From positions 384,001 to 448,000 of the forward strand of contig CAWBWI010000001.1 in the NCBI GenBank assembly GCA_963792585.1: a stretch of 64,000 bases of DNA, written 5' to 3'. Under the pieces are notes generated by a model that ran no database searches, had not been told where the DNA came from, and saw only the letters and a program-made list of their open reading frames with translations. Made by a program: the position numbers and the translations under genes. Every line of letters begins with the position of its first letter. Within the stretch, counting starts at the first letter, position 1. Source of the stretch: Candidatus Eiseniibacteriota bacterium (GTDB lineage: Bacteria > Eisenbacteria > RBG-16-71-46 > CAIMUX01 > VGJL01). Below, piece after piece: positions 20,720 through 30,391 of this stretch.

Positions 20720-21713
20720 GCGTGCTGCGATCTTCCTGCTCGCGCTTCTCGCCGCCGGTTGCGGTGGGAAGGATGCGAAGAAGGGGACCTCGAGCTTCGA
20801 CGTCGGCCTCGTCTTCGACATCGGGGGGATCGGGGACAAGAGCTTCAACGACTCGGCATACAAGGGGCTCCTCCGTGCGCGCGACGAACTCCAGGTGAAC
20901 GTCGAGTACCTCGAGCCGGCCGAGGGGACCGACCGCGAGGCCGCGCTCCGCCAGATGGCCTCCGGGGCGCCGAACGTTGTCTTCGGCATCGGAATGCTCT
21001 TCAGCGACGACATTACCGCGGTCGCCAACGAGTACCCCGAGAAGAAGTTCGCGTGCGTGGATTACGCCGTTCCCGAGGGGACGCAGACGCCGGCCAACCT
21101 CGCGGGCCTGAAGTTCCGCGAGGAGGAGGGCTGTTACCTGGTCGGGGCGATCGCCGGGATGGTCACCAAGACGAACACCGTCGGCTTCGTGGGCGGCATG
21201 GACACCGCGTTGATCCACAAGTTCGAGGCCGGCTATCGGGCCGGCGTCGCGGCCGTCAACCCGGCTTGCAAGGTCGTCGTCGGGTACGCGGGGGTGACCC
21301 CGAACGCCTACAAGAATCCCGCGAAGGGGAAGGAACTCGCCCTCGCCCAGTATGACGGTGGGGCCGACATCATCTTCCATGCGAGCGGCTCGACGGGCCT
21401 CGGGGTGTTCGAGGCGGCCCGGACGAAGGACAAGCTCGCGATCGGCGTCGATGCGGATCAGCAGTCCGAGGCGCCGGGTCACATCCTCACGAGCATGGTC
21501 AAGAAGATCGACACGGCGGTCTTCGAGACGATCCGCTCCGCGAAGGAAGGTCAATTCACGGGCGGGATCAAGGAGATGGGGCTCGCTGACGGAGGCGTCG
21601 ACTACGTCTACGACGAGAAGAACAAGGGCTGGATCACCGACGACGTGCGCGCGCGCGTCGAGGCCCTGCGCGCCGACATCGTTGCCGGCAAGATCACCGT
21701 TCCGACGCGATAG
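20712..21713 (+). CDS. BMP-family (PnrA/TmpC-like) nucleoside ABC transporter substrate-binding lipoprotein
   Basis: Lipobox [30 protein letters not shown]. Confidence 0.92.
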   Translation: MLRRAAIFLLALLAAGCGGKDAKKGTSSFDVGLVFDIGGIGDKSFNDSAYKGLLRARDELQVNVEYLEPAEGTDREAALRQMASGAPNVVFGIGMLFSDDITAVANEYPEKKFACVDYAVPEGTQTPANLAGLKFREEEGCYLVGAIAGMVTKTNTVGFVGGMDTALIHKFEAGYRAGVAAVNPACKVVVGYAGVTPNAYKNPAKGKELALAQYDGGADIIFHASGSTGLGVFEAARTKDKLAIGVDADQQSEAPGHILTSMVKKIDTAVFETIRSAKEGQFTGGIKEMGLADGGVDYVYDEKNKGWITDDVRARVEALRADIVAGKITVPTR

Positions 21714-23185
21714 TGTCAGCTCCCGCGGTTTCATTCCGGGGAATCGTCAAGCGCTTCGGGGCGCTCACCGCCAACGACGCGATCTCCTTCGACGTCCGAC
21801 CCGGAAGCGTTCACGTCCTGCTGGGCGAAAACGGTGCGGGGAAGACGACCCTCCTCTCCATGCTCACCGGATTCCTCCGCGCCGACGCCGGAGAAATCCT
21901 GGTCGACGGCCACGTCCTCGATCAGGGGAGTCCGCGGGCTGCGTTGCGGGCGGGCATCGGTTTCTGCGCGCAACACTTCATGCTCGCCGGCGCATTGACG
22001 GGGGCGGAGAACGTGCTTCTGGGACGGCCCGGCTGCGCGGGTTTCCGCGGCCTGTCGCGCGATCGCATCGAGGGCCTGTCCCGCCTGGCTGCGGCCCACG
22101 GCCTCGATGTGCCGCTCGATCGACCGGTCGATCTGCTCACGGTCGTCGAGCAGGAGCGTCTGGAGATCCTGAAACTCCTCGAGCGGGACAGCCGAATCCT
22201 CGTTCTCGACGAGCCGACGAGCGTGCTTGCGCCGCCGGAGGTCCGTCCTCTATTCGCCACCCTTCGCCGGCTGGCGGCCGAAGGACGCACGGTGATCCTC
22301 GTGACCCACCGGCTGGCGGAGGTGCGGGAGGTTGCCGACCGCGTGACGGTGCTGCGAAGAGGACGCGTCGTCGGGGAGGCGGAGCGCGATCATCTGGACA
22401 CGGACGAGCTGGTTCACTGGATCGCGGGCGAGCGGGCCCCGGCGCCTGTCCGGCGCGTCGCGGTGATGCCGGGGGAGGAGCTCCTGCGCGTGCGGGGACT
22501 CGCCTGCGGACACTCCGCGACCTCGCCGCGCGGCATCGACCTGCACGTGCGCGCCGGGGAGATCGTCGGCGTCGGCGGCGTGCTGGGCAACGGCCAGACC
22601 GAGATCGTCGAGGCGCTAACCGGGCAGATCCCGATCCGCGCGGGGAGCGTGCGGATGCTGGATCGGAACACCGCCGCGCCGGGGCGGGTGGCCCTTCCCG
22701 CCGAGGTCGCCTGGGTCCCGGAGGATCGGCGGGCCGAGGGGATCGCCCTGGAGATGACCCTTGAAGAGAACCTCCGGATCGGCGTCCCGGCGCGCGCGCA
22801 CAAGCGCGGCGCGGGGGTGGCCCGCGCCCTCGATGCGTATGACGTCCGGCCGGCCGATCCCGATCTGCCCGCGGCGCACCTGTCGGGTGGTAACCAGCAG
22901 CGACTCCTGCTCGCGCGGGAGATGTCGCGCGGCGCGCGCCTCCTGCTGGCGGTGCACCCGACGCGCGGGCTCGACCCGAACGCGACCCGCTTCGTGCACG
23001 ATCGCCTTCTCGACGCCCGGGCGCAGGGGCTCGGCGTCCTCCTGGTGACGGGGGATCTCTCGGAGCTCTACGGTCTCTCGGATCGGATTCTGATCCTCTT
23101 CCGCGGTGAAGTCCGGTATCAGGCGATGGCGGACGAGGTCGATCCCGAGGCGGTCCATCGCGCGCTGGTCGGGGTCTCGCCGTGA
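21713..23185 (+). CDS. Nucleoside/sugar (CUT2) ABC transporter ATP-binding protein
   Basis: GENGAGKTT, LDEPT, PEDRRAEG, LSGGNQQ, PTRGLD. Confidence 0.92.
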   Translation: MSAPAVSFRGIVKRFGALTANDAISFDVRPGSVHVLLGENGAGKTTLLSMLTGFLRADAGEILVDGHVLDQGSPRAALRAGIGFCAQHFMLAGALTGAENVLLGRPGCAGFRGLSRDRIEGLSRLAAAHGLDVPLDRPVDLLTVVEQERLEILKLLERDSRILVLDEPTSVLAPPEVRPLFATLRRLAAEGRTVILVTHRLAEVREVADRVTVLRRGRVVGEAERDHLDTDELVHWIAGERAPAPVRRVAVMPGEELLRVRGLACGHSATSPRGIDLHVRAGEIVGVGGVLGNGQTEIVEALTGQIPIRAGSVRMLDRNTAAPGRVALPAEVAWVPEDRRAEGIALEMTLEENLRIGVPARAHKRGAGVARALDAYDVRPADPDLPAAHLSGGNQQRLLLAREMSRGARLLLAVHPTRGLDPNATRFVHDRLLDARAQGLGVLLVTGDLSELYGLSDRILILFRGEVRYQAMADEVDPEAVHRALVGVSP

Positions 23186-24216
23186 AGATCCGCTCGTTCC
23201 TGATTCCCGTCCTTTCCGCCCTGCTCGGCCTGGCGGCGGGGACCTTGATCGCCGCCCTCGCGGGCGCGCCCCCCGGTCGTTTCCTTGCGCTTCTGCTCGG
23301 CGAAACCCTCGGGACAGGCTACGGCCTGGGACAGGTCCTCTTCCGCGCGACCCCCTTGATCTTCACCGGACTCGCCGTCGCCCTCCCCCTGCGCGCGGGG
23401 CTCCTGAACATCGGCGCCGAGGGGCAGATGGCGGTCGGCGGTTTCGCGATGACGCTCGTCGGAATCCACCTGGCGTCGGTCCCGGGGCCATGGCTCTGGA
23501 TCCTCTGCATCCTCGCCGCCGCGACGGCCGGCGCCGTCTGGGGAGGGATCGCCGGATTCTTGAAGGCCGCGACCGGAGCCCACGAGGTGATCGTCACGAT
23601 CCTCTTGAACTTCATCGCCGCGGCGCTCGTGAACTACTTCCTCACGTGGCACTACGCGCTCCCCGAAACGGTCCGCACCGCGACCATCGGATCCGGGGCA
23701 TGGATGGGAAGGGCGTCGGAACTGGGGGGCCTCTTCCGCGGGTCGGGTCTTTCGACCGCGCTCCCGTTCGCGCTTGCCGTCGCGGTCGGATGCGACCTGC
23801 TCCTGTTACGGAGCTCCCTGGGGTTCGCGTGGCGGGTGCTGTGGGGCGGCCCTCGAAGGGCGCGCTATGCGCGGCTCGACGCCCGGCGCTTGACAATCGG
23901 ATCGCTCGCCCTCGCGGGCGGGCTTGCCGGCATGGGAAGCTGCTCGTACATACTTGGTTACAAGCATTACTTCGAGGAAGGCTTTACGGGCGGTACCGGC
24001 TTCCTCGGAATCGCGGTGGCCCTGCTCGCGCGCAACCGCCCGGCAGCGATCCCGATCAGCGCGTTCCTGTTCGGAATGCTCTCGCAGGGGGGATTGGCCG
24101 TGAACCAGCTCGTTCCCAGGGAGATGATCGACCTCGTGATGGCGGTGATCTTGATCGTCTTCATCGTGCTCGACGCGCGCGCCCGTGAGGGAGGATTTCG
24201 ATGGATCTCCTCCTGA
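23182..24216 (+). CDS. Nucleoside ABC transporter permease 1
   Basis: TPLIFTGL, NIGAEGQ, HEVIVTILLN, GIAVALL. Confidence 0.9.
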   Translation: MKIRSFLIPVLSALLGLAAGTLIAALAGAPPGRFLALLLGETLGTGYGLGQVLFRATPLIFTGLAVALPLRAGLLNIGAEGQMAVGGFAMTLVGIHLASVPGPWLWILCILAAATAGAVWGGIAGFLKAATGAHEVIVTILLNFIAAALVNYFLTWHYALPETVRTATIGSGAWMGRASELGGLFRGSGLSTALPFALAVAVGCDLLLLRSSLGFAWRVLWGGPRRARYARLDARRLTIGSLALAGGLAGMGSCSYILGYKHYFEEGFTGGTGFLGIAVALLARNRPAAIPISAFLFGMLSQGGLAVNQLVPREMIDLVMAVILIVFIVLDARAREGGFRWISS

Positions 24217-25115
24217 GCTTCCTCGCGCAGGTGGCCCGGATCGCGGTGCCGTACGCCTTGGTCGCAGTCGGGGGATGTCTCTCCGAGCGCTCGGGGGTCA
24301 TCAACATCGGGCTCGAGGGGATCCTGCTCAACGGCGCCTTCGGAACCGCCGTGGGAACGATCGCGACCGGCTCTCCGCTCTTCGGGGTGATTTGCGGAAT
24401 CCTTGCGGGGTGCGCGACCGGGCTTCTCCACGCGATCGTGACGGTCCGCGCGAGAGCCGATCAGATCGTCTCGGGGCTCGCGATCAACATGGCATCTCTC
24501 GCCGGCACGCGCGCCCTCCTGAAGATCTTCTACGCGAGCGCCAGCAACTCCCCGCGGATCCTGGATGTGTCCCCATCGGCCCTGCCCGGCTTTGGTATCC
24601 TCGGATCCCTGGGAGAGGTGATCGGACAGCCGCTCTTCATCGCCGCCGTGCTCCTGTGCGTCATCGCGGAGAGGGGGTTGATGCGTTCGGGGGCGGGGCT
24701 GTTGGTCCGCGCCGCCGGCGAGCGCCCGGCCGCGCTCGAGGCGAGCGGCACCGGCGTGGCGGGCGTGCGCGTCATCGCGGTCGTCCTCGGTGGCGCATCG
24801 GCGGGGCTCGGCGGAGCATGGCTCGCCTTCCAGCAGAACTCTTTCACCGACGGGATGTCCGGCGGACGCGGCTACATCGCGCTCGCGGCGATGATCGCCG
24901 GGAAGTGGAGACCCGCAGGGGCGGCCGCCGCCTGCGTCCTCTTCGCCGCGGCGGAAACCCTCCAGATCAGGCTTTCGGGAAGGGGCGTGCCGACGCAGTT
25001 CTTGCAGATGATCCCGTATGTGGTTGCATTGGGCGTGCTGGCCGGGTGGGTCGGCCGCGCGGTTCCGCCCGCCGCGCTCGGGCGCCCGTATCGAAGGGGG
25101 AGCGGAGAGGCATGA
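24201..25115 (+). CDS. Nucleoside ABC transporter permease 2
   Basis: SERSGVINIGLEG, DQIVSGLAIN, GRGYIALAA, PAALGRPY. Confidence 0.9.
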   Translation: MDLLLSFLAQVARIAVPYALVAVGGCLSERSGVINIGLEGILLNGAFGTAVGTIATGSPLFGVICGILAGCATGLLHAIVTVRARADQIVSGLAINMASLAGTRALLKIFYASASNSPRILDVSPSALPGFGILGSLGEVIGQPLFIAAVLLCVIAERGLMRSGAGLLVRAAGERPAALEASGTGVAGVRVIAVVLGGASAGLGGAWLAFQQNSFTDGMSGGRGYIALAAMIAGKWRPAGAAAACVLFAAAETLQIRLSGRGVPTQFLQMIPYVVALGVLAGWVGRAVPPAALGRPYRRGSGEA

Positions 25116-25912
25116 ACGACGCGCGCGCGGCGGCCGACTTTCTTCGAAGCCGATGGGGGGAGGCGCGTCCGAGCGTCGCGGTCGTTCTCGGGTCCGGACT
25201 GGGTGGGATCGCCGAAGGACTCGAGGAGCGCAGGAGTCTTCCGAGCGACACGATCCCGGGCATTCCCAAGGCGACGGTCGAGGGCCACGCCGGGGAAGTC
25301 CACATCGGGCGGTGGGGTTCCTCTCCGGTTCTGGTTTTCCAGGGCCGCGTCCACTTCTACGAGGGCCATTCGTTCGACACCGTCACGCTCGCCGTTCGCA
25401 CCGCGGCGGAACTGGGCGTCCGCGACCTGATCCTCACCAACGCGGCCGGCTCGTGCGATGGGGCTCTGCCGCCGGGCGCGCTCATGCGGGCGACCGACCT
25501 GATCGATCTCTTCTTCCGTCGCAATCGCGGGACCTCGGCCCCGCCCTGGATCGGTCGCGGTGGGGTTCTCGACAGCGATCTGGGACGGATCCTGGACGAT
25601 GCGGCCCTTGCGGAACGGATCGAGATGCGCCTGGGGATCCTCTGCGGCAGCCAGGGGCCGACGTACGAGACCGCGTCGGAGATCCGCCTGTGGCGCAAGA
25701 TCGGCGCGAGCGCGGCGTGCATGTCTACGGTGCCGGAGGCCTTCGCCGCGCGCGCGGCCGGGATGCGGGTGGCGGCGATCTCGATGATCTCGAATTTCGG
25801 GACAGGCGTCACGCCCGGCCGGATCGACCACGAAGAAGTGATGCGCGAGGGCAAACGGGCGGGAAAGGATCTCGGCCGGCTCCTGCGGCGGGCGATCTCG
25901 CTGTTGTGCTGA
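25112..25912 (+). CDS. punA: Purine nucleoside phosphorylase (trimeric family)
   Basis: VLGSGLG, GHAG, GRVHFYEG, TNAAG, GPTYET, MSTVPE. Confidence 0.92.
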   Translation: MNDARAAADFLRSRWGEARPSVAVVLGSGLGGIAEGLEERRSLPSDTIPGIPKATVEGHAGEVHIGRWGSSPVLVFQGRVHFYEGHSFDTVTLAVRTAAELGVRDLILTNAAGSCDGALPPGALMRATDLIDLFFRRNRGTSAPPWIGRGGVLDSDLGRILDDAALAERIEMRLGILCGSQGPTYETASEIRLWRKIGASAACMSTVPEAFAARAAGMRVAAISMISNFGTGVTPGRIDHEEVMREGKRAGKDLGRLLRRAISLLC

Positions 25913-26775
25913 AGTCGTACGGGCGATGGGCGCGCTCCGCGAAGATCGTCCAACTCCTTCTGCTCTCGCTGACCGTCGGCTGCATTCCCGTGTCGTTCGT
26001 TCCCAGCCGGGCAGACCTCGCTCAGGGCCGGTACGCGCCGCCCGCCCGCTCCTTCGGCGACAGCCTCGTCGTCGCTTCGTACAACATCGGCTTCGGTGAG
26101 AAGATCGCGGAGGCCATCGACGATCTGCGACGGGAACCGCACCTCGCGGGTGCCGATCTCCTCCTGCTTCAAGAGATGGATCCGCGCGGCTGCGACCGGA
26201 TCGCGCGGGAGCTGGGGTACGACTACATCTACTACCCCGCCGCGATCCACCCGCACCACGACCTGCTCTTCGGGAATGCGATCCTGACTCGGGGAGAGAT
26301 CCGCAGCTCCGGCTTCATCCGGCTGCCCAAGCATGGAATCTTGACCGGGACGAACCGCATCGCCGTGGTCGCGGAAATCCAGTTCGGAGGCAGGATCCTG
26401 CGCGCGGTCAGCATCCATACGTCGACGCCGATCGTGCCGCAGAGTCAGCGGATCCAACAAGTCCGCGCGTTGATCGACAGCCTATCGGTTTCGCGGGAGG
26501 CGACGGTGGTCGGGGGAGACTTCAATACCACCACCGAAAGCAGCCTGCTCCTGGTGTCCCGCGAGATGCAGCGAGCGGGGTACCGCCGGGTGATCGTGAC
26601 GGGACGCACAACCACCCGACCCAATCATCGGAGCGGACTCGAGCAGGGGCAGGTGCTGGACCACATCTTCTACCGGGATCTCGCGCCGCGACACGGAGGC
26701 ATCTTCACCGCAGCCGGGGCGAGCGATCACTTTCCGATCTGGTCCGTCTTCGGGTGGCCCGCCGAGGTGCGCTGA
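25906..26775 (+). CDS. Endonuclease/exonuclease/phosphatase (EEP) family protein, probably exported or a lipoprotein
   Basis: SYNI, LLQE, GNAIL, GGDFN, LDHIF, SDHFPI; hydrophobic N-terminus ending TVGC. Confidence 0.85.
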   Translation: MLKSYGRWARSAKIVQLLLLSLTVGCIPVSFVPSRADLAQGRYAPPARSFGDSLVVASYNIGFGEKIAEAIDDLRREPHLAGADLLLLQEMDPRGCDRIARELGYDYIYYPAAIHPHHDLLFGNAILTRGEIRSSGFIRLPKHGILTGTNRIAVVAEIQFGGRILRAVSIHTSTPIVPQSQRIQQVRALIDSLSVSREATVVGGDFNTTTESSLLLVSREMQRAGYRRVIVTGRTTTRPNHRSGLEQGQVLDHIFYRDLAPRHGGIFTAAGASDHFPIWSVFGWPAEVR

Positions 26776-26854
26776 CCCCGAGGACCGGAATCGACTCCCG
26801 GCGGCGATGCGTGTCCAAAGCAGCTGCGGAAAGAAGAGGCGCCGATGCCGCGCG

Positions 26855-27919
26855 TCACCGGATCGAACCGGCGACGTCGGAACCGCGAGCGGCATCCAAC
26901 ACGATCTGATTCCTGTGCCCGTCCTCGAAGGTCGCCGCGCCGGGGACTTCCGCCCGGCCGTCGCCGATCGCGGCCACCGTATGGCGGGCAAGCCGCAAGA
27001 AAGAGCGCGCCCAGTCGGTGTCGGGGATTGCCAGCTCCGCCGACGGGGCAAGATCGTCTTCCGTCGGCATCTCGACCTGCGGATCGTGGCCGAGCTGAAC
27101 CCGAAGGGGCTGCTGCTCCTCGGTGCGCGCGTACCCATCCGAGCCCGCGAGTGTCAGGCGGTGAACCCGCTCTCCTTCGACCAGCGAGATCGTGATCGTC
27201 GCCACCGCTCCGGATGAGAACCTCAGCCAGGCGGCCGCAAAATCATCCGTCGTCACCGGCCTGGGTCGGCCGGTCGATGGGTCGGGACGTTCCCGCACGA
27301 AGGTCTCGAGAACGCCACGCGTCTCGACGACCTCGCCGAGCAGCACCCGCAGCGCGTCGACCGCGTGGGAACCGATGGCGCCCCACGCGCCGCCCCCGCA
27401 GGCGCGATCGCTCCACCATGTCCATGGGGTCGAAGGATCGCGGCGACCCGGCGAGAGCAGGGTAAAGGAGGCGTGATGGATCGTTCCGAGACGGCCCCCC
27501 TGCACCAGCTCACGCAGGGCGACGCGTGCGGGGGAGAAACGAAGCTCGTGATCGATGAGGGCGATCTGCTTCGGGTGGGCGCGCGCGGCGGCGAGCATCG
27601 ATGCGCTCTCCGAAGCGTCGAGTGCGGTCGGCTTCTCGCAGACGACGTGGCAGCCGGCCTCGAGCGCATCGATCGCCTGCTCGCGGTGCCTGTGAGGAGG
27701 GGTCACGACGTAGACGAGGTCGGGGCGGCAGCGGTCCAGGATGACGCGGTGATCGTCGGAAACCGCCTCGATTCCGAACTCCGCCGCGGTTGCGCGCACG
27801 CGCTCGATGTTCGGACTCGCGATGCCGACCACGCGAACACCCGGAACATGCCTCAGGGCGGGCAAGACGACGCTGCGCGCGAAACCGTTGCCGAATACGA
27901 CGGTGCGCACCTCCGTCAC
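26855..27919 (-). CDS. Gfo/Idh/MocA family oxidoreductase
   Basis: GNGFA Rossmann loop, TPPHRH, HVVCEKP, GAIGSHAVD. Confidence 0.9.
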   Translation of the reverse strand: MTEVRTVVFGNGFARSVVLPALRHVPGVRVVGIASPNIERVRATAAEFGIEAVSDDHRVILDRCRPDLVYVVTPPHRHREQAIDALEAGCHVVCEKPTALDASESASMLAAARAHPKQIALIDHELRFSPARVALRELVQGGRLGTIHHASFTLLSPGRRDPSTPWTWWSDRACGGGAWGAIGSHAVDALRVLLGEVVETRGVLETFVRERPDPSTGRPRPVTTDDFAAAWLRFSSGAVATITISLVEGERVHRLTLAGSDGYARTEEQQPLRVQLGHDPQVEMPTEDDLAPSAELAIPDTDWARSFLRLARHTVAAIGDGRAEVPGAATFEDGHRNQIVLDAARGSDVAGSIR

Positions 27920-29070
27920 GAAACCCCGACGCCTCCCTTGCGGCGGCCCCCGCCCCCGCGCGTGACGATCGCCGGCTCGATGACCAGGGATCCGTCACGC
28001 ACATCGACGCACAGGCTGCGCTCCAGTGGATGGGCCAGGAGGTAGCGCGCGAGTGGATTGAGGAGCTTGTTCTCGAGCGTGCGGTTGATCGTCCCCGCTC
28101 CGGTCTTCTTGCATTGCTCGTCCGTGATGAATTCCTGATAGACGGATTCGCTGACCTTCACCCCCCGCTTTCCCTCCTCGAGTCGCTGCAGGACCGTCTC
28201 CACCTTGTAGCGCGCGATCTTGCGAACGTCGTCGGGAGTGAGCGCCGGAACCACGATCACCTCCTGGAACGTCTCGAGGAACTCCTCGCCGAGCCGCCGA
28301 GACAGCTTCTCGCGAACGCGATCGTCGACGCTCTTCGGCGCGCGGTTGAAGCCGATTTCCGAGGCGGTGCCGTTCTCATCCTCCGGGACGCGGCTCGTCG
28401 CGAAGACGATCGTATGCTCGAAGGTGACCCGCCCGCGGGCGTCCTCGATCCACCCCTGCTCGAGGATCTGCTGGATCAGGCGACACGCGGCGGCATGGGC
28501 GTGCTCGATCCACCGGAGCAGGAGGATCGCGTGAGGCCGCCGGCGGACCGCGGCGGTGATCAAGCCCTCGAACAGAATCGGCTGCGGTCCCGGCATCAGG
28601 GTGTCGGTCAGACGGTTGACGTCCTCCTCGTTGGCGATCGTCCGCATGTCGACCGAGATGACCAGGGACTCGTCTCCATAGAGGATCGCAGCGAGGGCGT
28701 AGGCGAACTCGTTCTTCCCGACCCCCGGGGGCCCGACGACGAGGAAGGATCCGTTGGGACGCTCGGGGCGGAAGTCGAGGTGGGTCATCCGGACCCGAAT
28801 GGCCTCGGCGATTCGGCCGACGGCCTCGTCCTTGCCGAGGATCCGGGCCGCCATCAGCTCCTCAAGGTGGAGGAGCGATTCGCGATTCGGTTGCGGGACG
28901 CCGGGGCCTCCCTTCAGGAGTCCGTTGGCCTGGCGTCTCTTCCTGCTCGCGCCGGCTTTCTTCTTGGCGGGTGCCTTCTTCGAGGCTTTTGCGAGGCTCT
29001 TCCCGCGGGTGGTGGGCTTCTTGACCGTCTTCCCTTTGGTGCGCTTCCCAATCCGTGTCTGCTTCTTCAT
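27916..29070 (-). CDS. ClpA/B D2-like single AAA+ module with degenerate catalytic motifs and Lys/Arg-rich N-terminus
   Basis: RPNGSFLVVGPPGVGK, AVRRRPHAI, QILEQG.I.DARGR..F..TIVFATS, LLNPLA follow the ClpB NBD2 and small-domain pattern. Confidence 0.8.
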   Translation of the reverse strand: MKKQTRIGKRTKGKTVKKPTTRGKSLAKASKKAPAKKKAGASRKRRQANGLLKGGPGVPQPNRESLLHLEELMAARILGKDEAVGRIAEAIRVRMTHLDFRPERPNGSFLVVGPPGVGKNEFAYALAAILYGDESLVISVDMRTIANEEDVNRLTDTLMPGPQPILFEGLITAAVRRRPHAILLLRWIEHAHAAACRLIQQILEQGWIEDARGRVTFEHTIVFATSRVPEDENGTASEIGFNRAPKSVDDRVREKLSRRLGEEFLETFQEVIVVPALTPDDVRKIARYKVETVLQRLEEGKRGVKVSESVYQEFITDEQCKKTGAGTINRTLENKLLNPLARYLLAHPLERSLCVDVRDGSLVIEPAIVTRGGGGRRKGGVGVS

Positions 29071-29214
29071 TTCCCGCCCTTCAGCCCGGCGCCTGCCGAG
29101 CCGATGGGAGGCTAGCAGAGAAAGGGATTCCGGTCCATCGAGTGGCCTGCGAGAATCCCTGCGGACTGCTATGCTTCGCAGTCACGGCGGGCGGCGCCGA
29201 TCCAGGGAGGGACG

Positions 29215-30348
29215 ATGGCCGAGGCCTTGAGACGGATGGGGATCCTGACCGGCGGTGGCGACTGTCCGGGTTTGAACGCGGTCATTCGCGCGGTCGTGAA
29301 GACGGCCGTTTTCCAGCACCAGATCGACGTCATCGGGATCGAGAATGGATACTGGGGACTCATCCACGATCGGATGCGTCCGTTGACCACCTCCGACGTG
29401 GGCGGCATCCTCGCGCGCGGCGGGACGATTCTCGGGAGCAGCAACCGGGACAATCCGTTCCGGGTGCCAACCATTGAGAACGGCGAGAAGGTCTTTCGCG
29501 ACTTCTCCGATCAGGCGATCAAGAACGCCCAGCGGCACGGCCTGCAGGTGCTGATCGCGGTTGGGGGAGACGGCAGCCTGTCGATCGCCCGAGACCTCTC
29601 GGGACGAGGGATCCGGATGATCGGGGTGCCGAAGACGATCGACAACGATCTCGGCGCGACCGACGTCACCTTCGGCTTCGACTCGGCCCTCGCCATCGCC
29701 ACCGAGGCGGTGGACCGGCTCCACACGACCGCGATGAGTCATCAGCGCGTCATGGTCCTCGAAGTGATGGGCCGCTACGCCGGCTGGATCGCCCTCCAGG
29801 CGGGGCTGGCGGGCGGTGGGGACGTGATCCTGATCCCCGAGATCCCTTTCGAGGTCGAGAAGGTGGCCGACGCGATCCGGGAACGGACCTACCACGGTCG
29901 ACCATTCGCGATCGTCGTCGTCGCCGAAGGGGCGCAACCGAAGGGCGGCTCGATGGTCGTCACCAAGACGGTGGCCGACTCGACCGACCCGATCCGCCTG
30001 GGGGGGATCGGTCAGTACGTCGCCTCGGAGCTCGAGCGACTGCTCGATCTCGAGACGCGCGCGACCGTTCTGGGGCATCTTCAGAGGGGCGGGGTCCCGA
30101 CGCCGTACGACCGGATCCTCGGGACCCGGTTCGGAGTCCGCGCGGTGGAGGCCGCCGTCGCCGGGGAGACCGACGTGATGGTCCGCCTCCACGGTCGTGT
30201 GATCGACACCGTTTCGCTTGCCGAAGCGGTCAAGGACATTCGACGGGTCGACCCGAACGGGGACCTGGTCCGCACGGCGCGCAGCGTGGGGACCTGCTTC
30301 GGCGATTTGGTGTCGCTTTCCGTCGGCGCGCCCGAACCGCTCGCGTAG
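29215..30348 (+). CDS. pfkA: 6-phosphofructokinase (PfkA family)
   Basis: TGGGDCPGLNA, GGTILGS, GGDGS, PKTIDND, EVMGR, LGHLQRGG. Confidence 0.93.
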   Translation: MAEALRRMGILTGGGDCPGLNAVIRAVVKTAVFQHQIDVIGIENGYWGLIHDRMRPLTTSDVGGILARGGTILGSSNRDNPFRVPTIENGEKVFRDFSDQAIKNAQRHGLQVLIAVGGDGSLSIARDLSGRGIRMIGVPKTIDNDLGATDVTFGFDSALAIATEAVDRLHTTAMSHQRVMVLEVMGRYAGWIALQAGLAGGGDVILIPEIPFEVEKVADAIRERTYHGRPFAIVVVAEGAQPKGGSMVVTKTVADSTDPIRLGGIGQYVASELERLLDLETRATVLGHLQRGGVPTPYDRILGTRFGVRAVEAAVAGETDVMVRLHGRVIDTVSLAEAVKDIRRVDPNGDLVRTARSVGTCFGDLVSLSVGAPEPLA

Positions 30349-30391
30349 TCTCGGGTTCAACAGTGGAGGCGACGGGGTGGAGGAGGACTCG

